This document shows, piece by piece, positions 41,511 to 51,500 of a stretch of DNA of 64,000 nt (the stretch's first letter is position 1; the number at the start of each line of letters is the position of its first letter). Origin of the DNA: Terriglobia bacterium (GTDB lineage: Bacteria; Acidobacteriota; Terriglobia; 20CM-2-55-15); NCBI GenBank assembly GCA_963664115.2, contig CAXWPJ010000009.1, forward strand, positions 1,056,001 through 1,120,000. The letters are read 5' to 3'. The position numbers and the translations under genes are program-made. A model generated the notes under the pieces. It did not search any database. It saw only the letters and a list, made by a program, of their open reading frames with translations, and had not been told where the DNA came from.

Positions 41511-42293
41511 TTACACGAACTGGACAGTGACACTGCCCATCGTGCCGAAATCGGCGTTCACGGTATCGCCTTTTTCCGCCCAGACGGGGCGTGTGAAGGA
41601 GCCGGAAAGCAAGATCTGGCCGGCCTCGAGGCCAACGCCGAACCGGCCGAACTTGTTGGCCAACCAGGCAACGCCCATGGCTGGGTGGCCAAGCACGCCT
41701 GCCGCGACGCCGGTTTCCTCAATCTCGGAGTTTAGATACAAAAGTCCACTCACCCAGCGCAAATCCACGTCCATCGGACCTACCGGGCGCCCGCCCAAAA
41801 CAATACCGGAGGCTGCCCCATTGTCTGAGATGGTGTCGAAGATCAGGCGCCGGTCCTGGATACGCGCGTCGATGATTTCGATGGCGGGAACAACATATTC
41901 AGTGGCACGCAAGACGTCCAACAGTCCGACTCCCGGCCCTTTCAGCGGTTTGCCCAACACGAAGGCGAGCTCAATTTCGGCACGCGGGACACAGTGTTTG
42001 TCCCGCTCTAATTTGGCCCCATCTTGGAGCATCATGGAGTCGAGAAGGTGGCCGTAGTCCGGCTCATCGATCTGCGAGGACCGCTGCATGGCCTTGGAGG
42101 TCAGGCCAATCTTGTAGCCGATGATCTTCGATCCGGCAGCGACCTTCTGCCCGATCCACTCGCTCTGAACGGCATACGCGTCTTCGATGGTCATGTCCGG
42201 CCACGTCTTCGTGAGTTGGGGGATCTGTTTGCACGCCTTTTCCGCGCCGCTCAGCAGTTCAACGGCCCTCTTGCGATCAGTTTCCGAAAGCAT
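41511..42293 (-). CDS. hpaH: 2-oxo-hept-4-ene-1,7-dioate hydratase-like protein
   Basis: GYKIGLTSKAMQ...IDEPDYG, DTISDN, IEETGVAAGVLGHPA and LSGSFTRP motifs. Confidence 0.88.
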   Translation of the reverse strand: MLSETDRKRAVELLSGAEKACKQIPQLTKTWPDMTIEDAYAVQSEWIGQKVAAGSKIIGYKIGLTSKAMQRSSQIDEPDYGHLLDSMMLQDGAKLERDKHCVPRAEIELAFVLGKPLKGPGVGLLDVLRATEYVVPAIEIIDARIQDRRLIFDTISDNGAASGIVLGGRPVGPMDVDLRWVSGLLYLNSEIEETGVAAGVLGHPAMGVAWLANKFGRFGVGLEAGQILLSGSFTRPVWAEKGDTVNADFGTMGSVTVQFV

Positions 42294-42408
42294 TCCTGTT
42301 CCTTTCCTTATCGGACAACGACTCTACCCACAACGAGAGTGAAGTCAGAATTGACGATTGGTTGTTCTAAAGACAAAAGCGGTCTCAAATATTTCTGCCA
42401 ACACCTGA

Positions 42409-42599
42409 ACTTGCGACCTCGCAGCCCTTCCAACACGATCCGGACCTTCTTCTCGGACGAGTACTTCTTTCGAGTCTTTCGACGGATTTCTCACACTCGA
42501 TCTTCTGCAGACACTTTTTCCTTCACTCGATCCTCCGATCAGGAAAGTGTCTCTTAGTTTTTCAGCGGATTCTGTACGAAATGCTTTGACGGGCTACAG
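42409..42599 (-). mobile_element. IS3-like left end plus truncated orfA
   Basis: Minus strand starts TGTAGCCCGTCAAAGCATTTCGTACA; reads VKEKVSAEDRV*EIRRKTRKKYSSEEKVRIVLEGLRG. Confidence 0.8.
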
Positions 42600-42767
42600 G
42601 CCATGGCTGCCGCAGCGGTCGATATGCACAACGTTGGAGCGTCGATGCCAGAAAGGAGCGTTGAAATGAAGCGGGACAAGGTCCCTCCGTTCGAGCGGCG
42701 GAGGTCCCAGTCGCGATTGCGCCTCGGACATTAGACTTTACGCCTTCCCTGAGCCCGGCCTCCGCTC

Positions 42768-43466
42768 TTAGTTGGTGCCCCCGCCGAAGGTAAACGTTTG
42801 GTCCGGGTCGACCTCGGGTGCGTTGAAGTAAAGGCCACCGTGGCCCGCTCGGCTTCCGTCCTCTTCAAAGAGAGAGATCGACTGGTGAAATATCGCGGGC
42901 GGCGGGCCGTTTTCCGGCGCCGTTTCTTCCAGTATGTAGAGCCAGTTGTGGTGCATGTAGATGTTAACGAAGATCCGGGCCTGGTCGGCGTTGTTGATCA
43001 GTTGCAACTGATGGACCTCGGGCCCTTGACCCAACCAGTTCCACATGTAGTCGGTCACCGTGACGTCGCTCTTCAGATACTGGGACGTCACGTAGATCAT
43101 CGCGCCCCGAATATCGGTCTTCCAGTACCCGGCACCATTGTTGTCTGAACGTCTGGCGGCGGTCGTTCCCTCGCACCCTGCCAGACCCGGTGGGCAGATT
43201 TTCCCTTTTTCGGTGAGTATCTCCACGATCGGGTTGTAATCCACCACGGTCGCCGCGTACTTGTTTGCACCCTGCTCTACGGTGTAGACACGCCCCGGCA
43301 GCATCGCCCCGTATTCGCTCTCCCAGAGGATCTCGGTGACTTCCGGCTCGCCGGGGTAATTAGCGGAGAAGCGGTCCTCCATGCTGGTGAACGTGCGCCA
43401 CTCCTGGGCGAAGGACGTCCCCAGCGACAGCGCAAAGACGACGACAAACGATACAATCTGTCTCAT
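42768..43466 (-). CDS. Secreted hypothetical protein
   Basis: Signal peptide (SFA-QEW); AGGAG RBS; 232 aa. Confidence 0.7.
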   Translation of the reverse strand: MRQIVSFVVVFALSLGTSFAQEWRTFTSMEDRFSANYPGEPEVTEILWESEYGAMLPGRVYTVEQGANKYAATVVDYNPIVEILTEKGKICPPGLAGCEGTTAARRSDNNGAGYWKTDIRGAMIYVTSQYLKSDVTVTDYMWNWLGQGPEVHQLQLINNADQARIFVNIYMHHNWLYILEETAPENGPPPAIFHQSISLFEEDGSRAGHGGLYFNAPEVDPDQTFTFGGGTN

Positions 43467-43564
43467 GACGATTTTAACTCCCTGAAGCTATGGGGTTTCG
43501 CGTCCAGGTGCGAGCCCGGCTTGACGCGTACAAGAACTGATCTTGTAGATCCAGCGGCTTTCTT

Positions 43565-43939
43565 TCAGAGGTCCTGAGGCACCGGCCGATCCCCATCCCA
43601 GTCTACGACCGTTCCGTCTGGGGCCTTCAGAAATCCCAGTTGGCAGGCGCGGTTGCCGTCCCTCAACGGAAAGCATCGCACCTTGATCGTGTCACCCGGC
43701 TTGATATCTTGATCCCTCTGGGCGCCGCCCTCAAGCGCCCACACCTGCTTCTGGCTGTCGGGGCCGGTCACTTCGATATAGATCCAGGGATGCGGTCTGA
43801 TTTTATGCAACTCCGTGATCACGCCCTCCATATCGATGGGGTCTGGCGCGTAGTTTCCGTGCGCATGGTGCGACCATAGGGGCAGGGTCCCTGCCACCAG
43901 ACCGATCACAGCCAAACCGAGAACCGTTTTGAGACGCAT
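43565..43939 (-). CDS. DUF6152 family protein
   Basis: SHHAH after the signal peptide; RPHPWIY, WALEGG and C-x-PLRDG..AC motifs. Confidence 0.7.
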   Translation of the reverse strand: MRLKTVLGLAVIGLVAGTLPLWSHHAHGNYAPDPIDMEGVITELHKIRPHPWIYIEVTGPDSQKQVWALEGGAQRDQDIKPGDTIKVRCFPLRDGNRACQLGFLKAPDGTVVDWDGDRPVPQDL

Positions 43940-44165
43940 ATCCAACCTCCGGGGTGATGTGGAAACTTTCTCGACCTTTTACGAAGTCAACGTAGTGTCA
44001 TGATGCCATGATCATGCTTGGATTACCTACTCTTTACCTACTCCTACCCTCGAATAGACCAGGGGGCCTCGGAGTATAGAGAACTAATAGCCCTCGGCCC
44101 GATAAGCAAGCCTATCTTCGAGATCGACTGAATTTTTTGCCTCCACTCTTCAGCGATTACTTTTC

Positions 44166-44423
44166 CTAAGAGAGTTCGCCAATGGATCGCGACCAACAAG
44201 CCGCGAAAGAGAGCGCGTCGCGAATCACGCGTCGCTCGCTTGGACTTTTTTCCTTGGTGAGTTGCGACTGTAAGACCGGTTGACTGCGAACGCCTACCGA
44301 CCCCACCAAGGCGTCGACTGCGGCTGCTCGGATTTGCTCATCCTTGTCGCGAAGCCGCCGCTTGAGGAAGCTTACAGTTCTTTTGTCGTCAACGCCCGAC
44401 AGCGCCTGAGAGATTGATTCTAG
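44166..44423 (-). pseudogene. HEAT-repeat protein fragment
   Basis: LRDKDEQIRAAAVDAL; no credible start codon; begins at the tRNA duplicate. Confidence 0.4.
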
Positions 44424-44426
44424 AAG

Positions 44427-44489
44427 TGCCGGAGGGGGGACTTGAACCCCCACGAGACTAAGTCTCGGCAGATTTTGAGTCTGCTGCGT
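44427..44489 (-). repeat. Duplicated 3' 63 nt of tRNA-Leu (att-like direct repeat)
   Basis: Identical to 45607-45669. Confidence 0.9.
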
Positions 44490-44518
44490 ATGAACGTAAC
44501 TATATTATATTGAACTAG

Positions 44519-44905
44519 TTATAGCGACAACAGATGTGTATGTGTGAAGGAGCTGTGTAAGGGGCCATAGACTGAAGAACTGCAACCTTCTCCTAGGCGG
44601 ACCGTTTGACTAACGCGTGGTGTGGTTCGTATCGCTCGAACCTTGATCTTATCCTGACGCTGACGCGACTGCGCCAGATCGTAGGCGGCCTGCAGTCGTA
44701 TCCACTGATCGGCTGTCGACCACCCGAGCTTTTCCAGGCGGATAGCCATCTCGGGCGAAATGCCTGCCTTTTCATTGATTAAGTTGTTCAAGGTCTGGCG
44801 TGTCACACCTAGAAGTTTGGCGGCCCTGGTGACTGTCAACTCCAGAGCCTCGATACAATCCTGGCGGACAATACGGCCTGGGTGAGGCGGACTCTTCATC
44901 GGCAT
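44519..44905 (-). CDS. higA: HigA family antitoxin
   Basis: PPHPGRIVR, HTH, GISPEMAIRL and W..LQAAYDL motifs. Confidence 0.88.
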   Translation of the reverse strand: MPMKSPPHPGRIVRQDCIEALELTVTRAAKLLGVTRQTLNNLINEKAGISPEMAIRLEKLGWSTADQWIRLQAAYDLAQSRQRQDKIKVRAIRTTPRVSQTVRLGEGCSSSVYGPLHSSFTHTHLLSL

Positions 44906-44919
44906 CGCAGTATCCTCCT

Positions 44920-45045
44920 TTAATGGTAGTCGATCAATTCTAGATCGTGGGCATCACCTCGTTCGAACCTGAAGCTGATGCGCCAGTTTTCCTTGACCGT
45001 CAGCGACCAATAACCCCCGAGCTGTCCTCTGAGTGGGTTCGGTTT
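44920..45045 (-). pseudogene. higB: HigB/RelE toxin, C-terminal half only
   Basis: PLRGQLGGYWSLTVKENWRISFRFE..A.DLELIDYH; the N-terminal half is missing. Confidence 0.75.
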
Positions 45046-45184
45046 GGTGGCTGTCTTATCAGTGCAGATTGCACGAAAAGGTGCGTGGTTTTGGAGTATG
45101 GCCGTCCGACTGCCGATTGGGCCCTTGGTGTCCTCCACAAGCATGTGCTTTGTGGATCCCATTTCGTGTGACACACTCCACGTA

Positions 45185-45391
45185 ATGAGACGAGAATTCG
45201 CAGCGACGGTGTGGCAGGAAGGTGACTGGTATGTGTCCCAATGCTTGGAAGTCGACGTTGCCAGTCAAGGTGAAACCGAAGACGAGGCTCTGAGAAATCT
45301 TCAGGAAGCGCTTGCTCTGCATTTCGAACCACCGCAGGCGACCCGTCCGCCGAAGGTACGGACTGTTGAGGTCGAGGTTGGGGCGCCTTAA
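45185..45391 (+). CDS. hicB: HicB family antitoxin (short form)
   Basis: WQEGDWYVSQCLEVDVASQGETEDEALRNLQEAL. Confidence 0.85.
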   Translation: MRREFAATVWQEGDWYVSQCLEVDVASQGETEDEALRNLQEALALHFEPPQATRPPKVRTVEVEVGAP

Positions 45392-45602
45392 ACCCCTTCC
45401 TTATCGGGAAGTGAGACGTCGTCTGGAATCTGCCGGTTTTCGCGAGGTCAGCCAGAAGGGCAGCCACGTCAAGTTTGCCCGGGTCGGCGGCGATACGACC
45501 GATACAGCAATTGTCCCCCGCAAGAGCGAAATTCCGGTGGGGACGCTGCGCAGTATTTTGCATCAGGCCCACATCGATACCGACGAATGGGACTCGTTTT
45601 GA
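45378..45602 (+). CDS. hicA: HicA family toxin
   Basis: L...GF...SQKGSH...VP...EIPVGTLRSIL.QA; TTG start overlapping hicB. Confidence 0.85.
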   Translation: MGRLKPLPYREVRRRLESAGFREVSQKGSHVKFARVGGDTTDTAIVPRKSEIPVGTLRSILHQAHIDTDEWDSF

Positions 45603-45606
45603 AAGA

Positions 45607-45690
45607 TGCCGGAGGGGGGACTTGAACCCCCACGAGACTAAGTCTCGGCAGATTTTGAGTCTGCTGCGTCTGCCATTCCGCCACTCCGGC
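45607..45690 (-). tRNA. tRNA-Leu(CAA)
   Basis: GCCGGAG...GGAATGGCAGAC...GCAGA-CTCAAAA-TCTGC, long variable arm, GGTTCAAGTCC T-loop, ends CTCCGGCA; CCA not encoded. Confidence 0.95.
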
Positions 45691-45954
45691 GAGAGTGCGA
45701 ACTCTCGGGCCCGTGTCGCAGGGTGAGCCCAGACGATTTTGTCACAGCCTCCTATCCGGAGTCCAACGGGCCTGGGGTTCACCCGACGGAGACGTTTCGT
45801 TTTTCTCAGACGATCGCGGTTTCGTCCTTCCCCGGACCTTCTGGCCGTCCGCTGATATCTGGCCGCCAGACGATTTGTAAGCGATAACCTGCTACTCTAT
45901 ATTGCTCTAGCTTTAGAACGAACCCGGCAGCGCATTATTAAATAGGAGTACACA

Positions 45955-46083
45955 ATGGGCGAATCGAAGTCGAAAAAACCCAAATGCACCCGCTGTGGCA
46001 ACGCACATGCCGTTTCAGCGATCAGTCATTGGAAAAAGGGTTGGTTTATGTGCAGGGTGTGTAATATCCGCTGGGAGGGATAA
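45955..46083 (+). CDS. 42-aa zinc-ribbon microprotein
   Basis: AGGAG RBS; MGESKSKKPKCTRCGNAHAVSAISHWKKGWFMCRVCNIRWEG. Confidence 0.7.
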   Translation: MGESKSKKPKCTRCGNAHAVSAISHWKKGWFMCRVCNIRWEG

Positions 46084-46230
46084 TTAGCGAGATTGGTAAA
46101 TTGATTGATGGTTGAGAGCCACGAATCGACTGCCAAGAGCGGCTCGTGTCTCGGAGGCTTTCAACGGGTCACTATTAAACGGTGCTTCTCACGCGCCACT
46201 TCCGCATCTGGCACTGCCGCTTGAAACATT

Positions 46231-46926
46231 TCACTGTCGGGCCGACCGCGGCCCGATTAGTTTTCTTGCAAGCCCGAAGACTTCATCCAACATCTCTTCA
46301 GTCAGCCTGCCGGTGAAAGTGTTCTGTTGGCTCGGGTGATAGGACCCGATGAGGGCGATGGGGCCAGCCAGTTCGGTGGATTTGCAATGGCCGAATTTTG
46401 GCGCCGGTTTCGGGTTCTCCAGTCCCAGTTCTTTCCGGGCCTGCAGATACATGCGGAAACCCACCTGGCCCAGGCAGACCACGACTCTCAAACTTTTCAG
46501 GCGCTGCAATTCGTCCAGGAAATAGGGCCGGCACCGGGTCATTTCCTCCGGTGTCGGTTTGTTCCCCGGAGGAGCGCAGTGGGCTGCGGCGGTAATCAGG
46601 CAATCGGTGAGTCGGAGTCCGTCGTTGCGGTCGGTGGAGGTGGCCTGGTTGGCAAAGCCCGCCCGGTGCAGAGCACGGAAGAGCCAGTCCCCGGATCGAT
46701 CGCCAGTGAACATTCTTCCAGTCCGGTTCGAGCCGTGGGCTCCGGGCGCCAGACCGACCACCAGCAACCTGGCTTTGCGGTCTCCGAAGCTGGGCACGGG
46801 CCGGCCCCAGTAGTCCCATTCCTGGAAACGCCGGGTCTTCTTTTCGGCAACGTCCTCGCGGTGAGCCACCAGGCGGGGGCATCGCCGGCAGGACGTGATC
46901 TCAGCGAATGAGGGCCACGACGCCAT
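46231..46926 (-). CDS. udgB: Uracil-DNA glycosylase family 5 (4Fe-4S)
   Basis: CRRCPRL, WGRPVP, GLAPGAHGSNRTGRMFTGDRSG, CAPPGNKP and YHPSQQNT motifs. Confidence 0.9.
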   Translation of the reverse strand: MASWPSFAEITSCRRCPRLVAHREDVAEKKTRRFQEWDYWGRPVPSFGDRKARLLVVGLAPGAHGSNRTGRMFTGDRSGDWLFRALHRAGFANQATSTDRNDGLRLTDCLITAAAHCAPPGNKPTPEEMTRCRPYFLDELQRLKSLRVVVCLGQVGFRMYLQARKELGLENPKPAPKFGHCKSTELAGPIALIGSYHPSQQNTFTGRLTEEMLDEVFGLARKLIGPRSARQ

Positions 46927-47659
46927 TCTCAATAATGATGGTGGTTCCACCGAAGATCATCGTTTCCGAATTTCTTTTGAGGATCGCTACCCTGGGTCTG
47001 CCAAAACGTGCGATCACTTCGTCTCGGGAGGTCCCAGCGACGATGTTGACGACGGGTTGGTTTCCGGAATGACGATTGCGTCCCCTGACGGCGATGGCCG
47101 GTCCGATTCCAGGCTGAAAAATTTGAACGCCCGGCTGAACGCCGATCGGAGTCCGCGGGCGGCGGTTGGTAAAGACCCTTCCCGTCCCGGGTGTGATTAC
47201 CGTTACGCCCGGTGCGACGACGGGATGGGTGGGTGTTCGAGGTTCATGTCTACGAGCATTGTTCGGTGCAATATTGATGGCCGGAGGACCGACGAAAACG
47301 ACCGCGCCTCTGGGTACAACCATTCCGCCTTGGGTAAAAGTCCCGCCGCGACGGGGAAAAGCCGTTCCGAGTTGGGGAAACCCTCTGCCGCGTTGAGGAA
47401 AGGTTCGTCCACCTTGAGGGAAGGCTGTCCCATGTTGGGGAAAGATTGATCCATGTTGGGGAAAGGCTGATCCACGGCGAGACTGGACGACACCGGCACC
47501 TCTGTGGGCAGGCGGCGTCCGGACGCGGCCATGCTGTCCAATTTGGGCATGTTGGGGTCTGGAACCGATGCCGACGATAAACCCCGCCTGCTGTGCTCGA
47601 ACTCCGGCAGGGAACGCAAGCAGAATAGCGAGTGTCGCAAAGATCGCTTTATTCTTCAT
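46901..47659 (-). CDS. Secreted Gly/Pro/Arg-rich protein with heptad repeats and a SmpA/OmlA-like C-terminus
   Basis: Signal peptide; 7x FP[QR]xGxx-like repeats; GTSRDEVIARFGRP. Confidence 0.65.
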   Translation of the reverse strand: MKNKAIFATLAILLAFPAGVRAQQAGFIVGIGSRPQHAQIGQHGRVRTPPAHRGAGVVQSRRGSAFPQHGSIFPQHGTAFPQGGRTFPQRGRGFPQLGTAFPRRGGTFTQGGMVVPRGAVVFVGPPAINIAPNNARRHEPRTPTHPVVAPGVTVITPGTGRVFTNRRPRTPIGVQPGVQIFQPGIGPAIAVRGRNRHSGNQPVVNIVAGTSRDEVIARFGRPRVAILKRNSETMIFGGTTIIIENGVVALIR

Positions 47660-47773
47660 GACCGAGTCCTCCTGGGATTTCCTACCCTATTCAGACGGAT
47701 GGTTTTCCTGAAAGTCGTCCGATAGTTTCGATTATAACGCTTAGTCTGTCTGTGAAGGTGATCGTCTGGGGCC

Positions 47774-48502
47774 GTGATAGAATTGCCACATCCCGACGGC
47801 CTATTTCCGATGCAACGCGCACCCTCTAAACGGACACCTTTCCGGACACGTTTCGCACTGCCCATAGTTGTAGGCCTGATGGTCGTAGGCTCTGTATCCT
47901 CAAATGCCGCGCAGTTCGACAACGTAGGCGTTTTGCGCGATTTACTTGATTCAGACTTTGATACCGCGATCGAGCATCTCGCCGTCTGGAATCGAACGCT
48001 GATCCGGGACCTTCAGATAACGGCTCCGGACGATGCGATCGCATTCGAGGCCCGGCTGGAAGCACCCGAGGCGCTTCCGTCCACAAATATCCTTCCCTTG
48101 GGGGATTCCAATTTCGGGCGGGGGCTCGTGACCTTTCTGTTTGACGAAGATCTTTCGGTCGAACAGGTCAACCTCCTGTTTTGCGACGAACGCGTTGGCG
48201 CGATCCAGGTTCTCTTCGACGACGTCGAAACCTTCGGTGATACTGAACAGTTGCTGAGTCGCGTCCATGGCATGGGGCCTGCCGTCCCTTTCGGTTCCCA
48301 CGCGCCCGCCTTCCGCTACCCCTTGCCCGGCGTGGCCTACGATGAATCCGGGGATTGGAGCCTCGAGGTCGGAGCCTCGCCCGTCACGGTCTGGAACATG
48401 GGAACCCTCGAAGCGCTCTACCAACCCGTAGCCGGCCAACGGGTCATCACCGGCCAGTTCTGGTTGACCAGCAGGGAACTAGCCTCAAGTTGCTCCGGGT
48501 AA
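47774..48502 (+). CDS. Hypothetical secreted protein (start uncertain)
   Basis: Hydrophobic segment ending NAA-Q; acidic body. Confidence 0.55.
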   Translation: MIELPHPDGLFPMQRAPSKRTPFRTRFALPIVVGLMVVGSVSSNAAQFDNVGVLRDLLDSDFDTAIEHLAVWNRTLIRDLQITAPDDAIAFEARLEAPEALPSTNILPLGDSNFGRGLVTFLFDEDLSVEQVNLLFCDERVGAIQVLFDDVETFGDTEQLLSRVHGMGPAVPFGSHAPAFRYPLPGVAYDESGDWSLEVGASPVTVWNMGTLEALYQPVAGQRVITGQFWLTSRELASSCSG

Positions 48503-48581
48503 CAAAATGGGGTCAGAGCCCTATTTCCCCTATTTCTCAATCTGCATGTTTAAGGGTCTTCTCAGGGTAATCTGAGTACCC

Positions 48582-51500
48582 ATGACCTCTCCTGTTGCCA
48601 ATCTCATTGAGACGCTGTCTTCGACCCCGGGCCTGGAGGTCAAAGAGGCCGGCAGTACGATGCTGGCGGCGCTGTCTGGTGGGACTGTATCCATTGAGGC
48701 ATTTCAGGAAGATCCTCGTGTTCTGATGCGTTCGGAGCACGGTGTTTCCCGCTATCTGGCGCAGGTGGTTTGGCGTGCCATCGGGGGGGGTTACGAATCT
48801 CTCGATGAAATCGTGGCGGGTCTATACGGCGTTCTGGACCGCAATCCACCCGTTATCGAGGCCGCATCACCCGAGAAGGGAGCGGGCGATCCGCGTGTCG
48901 TAATCCCTGAGGCGCGCATACTGCGGGTCGGGCCACTGGTCCGGTCCGATACTGACGGGTGGGAGGCATCCTTCGAGGCTCAGGTGACCAGCGGGCAACT
49001 TCGGAATCAGGAAATAGCAATCCATGCACACGCGTCGGTAAACCCTTCCGCGTGCTTTATCGTTCCATATTTCTGGATCCACGCACGTGTGGCGGCATAC
49101 AACCTCGTTCCAGGCCAGGGCAAGCACTACTCTGCCGGTCCGGACACTTTCTTCGTACTCGAACCCTTGCGTCAGGTCAATGCCACGGCCGTAGCGCGGA
49201 GCCTGCATTGTCCCAAACCCCAAATCGATCAGATCCGGAAAGGGCGGGGAGATGTTACGGTGCACACGCTGAAAGGGATGGTCGTCCATTCGATGTTGGA
49301 CAGGATCATCGAAGGCGAGGATGATCTCGATGCCTGTTATGTGAGGGTGCTTCCCGACTTTCTGGTCCAGTTGGCGTCGATCGCGGATGAATCCTTCGAC
49401 GAAGATGCGTTTCGTGCGGATGTATTCCGGCATGCAAAGGCGCTCAAAGAGTTTGTCGCACTCAATCCGCACATGCGTCGGGATCCTCAAGTGGAGCTGC
49501 GGCGGTATTCAGCGACGATCGGTATTCAGGGCCGTATCGACGCCGTGTTCAAGAGCGAGAACAAGTTGGATATCGTCGAGCTGAAGACGGGCCGGCGCAT
49601 TCGTTCCGAGGATCACGCGCAGCTGTTCATATATCGACTGTTGCTCTCCGATCAGGTCCGTCGTGCGCGGACCCGAAAAGAAGATCCGATCACATTGACC
49701 GCGCGACTGCTCTCATCCCATGACGGCACGAGTACCCCGCTCGGAACCGATACGAATTTTCTCCAGGTCCTCCAGGCGCGAAACCGCATCGTGGCCCATG
49801 CGAACGATCTGGGCCGATCTGAGCCCCATGTGCGTTTGCCTTATGCCGGTTATGAGAGCGAAGTCTGTAATGCGTGTCCGTCCTGGACCCGATCCCGGTG
49901 TGGTGACGACTCCGTGATTTTCGGAGACATGCCGGACGCTGCTGAAGCGCGTGACCTGGCCTACTACCGGAAGTTTTCCCGCCTTGTTCAGCGCGAGGGT
50001 GAATACACGGCCCGGGATCTGGCCGATCTTCTCGACGACAGCCGCCTGGGGTATCGCGTCCGCAATTTCAGAACTTTATGTGGCGCCCGTTGTGTTGGAA
50101 TGGAGTCCGGGTCTTTTACCTTCGAGTTCGAAGAGAACACTTCGGATCTAAACGTCGGCGACCGTGTCGTAATTCATTCGGGAGCGATTTCGAGCACGCC
50201 GTCCTACCACGGTCATTTGAGGTCGATCGATGCACATGCGGTGAATATCCGTATCCCTCTGAACAACATCTCTCGCGACACCTTTGGAGGAGGTCTGTGG
50301 ACGATCGACCGTTTTCCCTCGGATCAAACCTCAACCGCCAGTCAGACCGCGTTGTTCGATTTTCTTCGTGCACCGTCCGGCCCTTTGAAACGTGTAGTTC
50401 TCGGGAACATGGAAAGCCAAATCGATCACGAAGTCGCTCGCGAGTCCCATGCTGTGATCGGCAGCGATGGTGCGGTCACAGATATAACTCCCTCCGGTTT
50501 TAAAACCGGACTCAATTCCCGCCAGGCGCAGGCCGTCGGCCGGGCGATCAGCTGCCCGACGTTTCATCTCATCTGGGGGCCGCCCGGAACGGGGAAGACA
50601 CGCGTCATCCCCGAGATCGTCGCGAATGTTTCAGGCGGCGTACTTCTGGGCGCTTTCACGAACACCGCGCTCGACAAAATGTTGCTGTCGGTATTGGAAG
50701 GACATCCGGAAATGGAGTTCATACGGATGGGCCGTTCCCAGGATTCTCCCGAGCTGGCCCGGCGACTGGGAGAGCGAACCTCAGATTACTTCAGCGAAGA
50801 CCTTGCGGCATCGATCCGGAGTCCGAAGCAACTGCGTCGTCGTTTGGACCAGGCCCCCCTGGTCGCTGCCACAGCGCACCGCGCGTCGAGCCATCCCTAT
50901 CTTCGGGGGCGGTCCTTCGAGATGACTGTTGTTGACGAAGCTGGCCAGTTGACCGAACCCCTCACTCTGGGTCTCATCATGCGTGCCCGGCGATTCGTGC
51001 TGATCGGGGACGATCTGCAGTTGCCCCCCGTGGTGCGCACGAAGGGATTGCAATCCTCTCTGTTCGAACGCTTGAAGGGCCTGGCTCTTCGAGACAAATC
51101 CGATACCCTGACACTTCTTGACGTGCAGTACCGGATGCATCCGGAGATCATGAATGTTTCGAATCGCCTGTACTACGAGGGCGCACTCAAGTCCGGTATC
51201 CAATCCGGCGACCGGCAGCCCCCGACGGGGCAAGCCCTCGTATTTGTTCCTGTCGATTCCGTGTCGGAGGGACGCACGAACCCCGGTGAAGCTTTGGTTG
51301 TTAACGATCTCGTCCGCTCCCTTGCTATCCACACTCCACCCGAAGATATCGGCGTGATTTCGCCCTTCCGGGCACAGGCTGTCTTGCTGAGACGCTTACT
51401 GGAAGGTACCGGTGTGACCGTGGACACGGTCGAGCGCTTCCAGGGTGGAGAGAGGGAGGTGATCGTCCTTTCGTTTGTCCGGTCGCACGGCAGCAATTTT

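Noticed and set aside
42491-42493. In-frame TGA in the IS orfA as another Sec site
   Set aside because: It lies in a truncated transposase remnant, probably CGA>TGA decay, and no matching hairpin was seen.
44427-44489. Second tRNA-Leu gene
   Set aside because: It lacks the 5' 21 nt (acceptor strand and most of the D arm).
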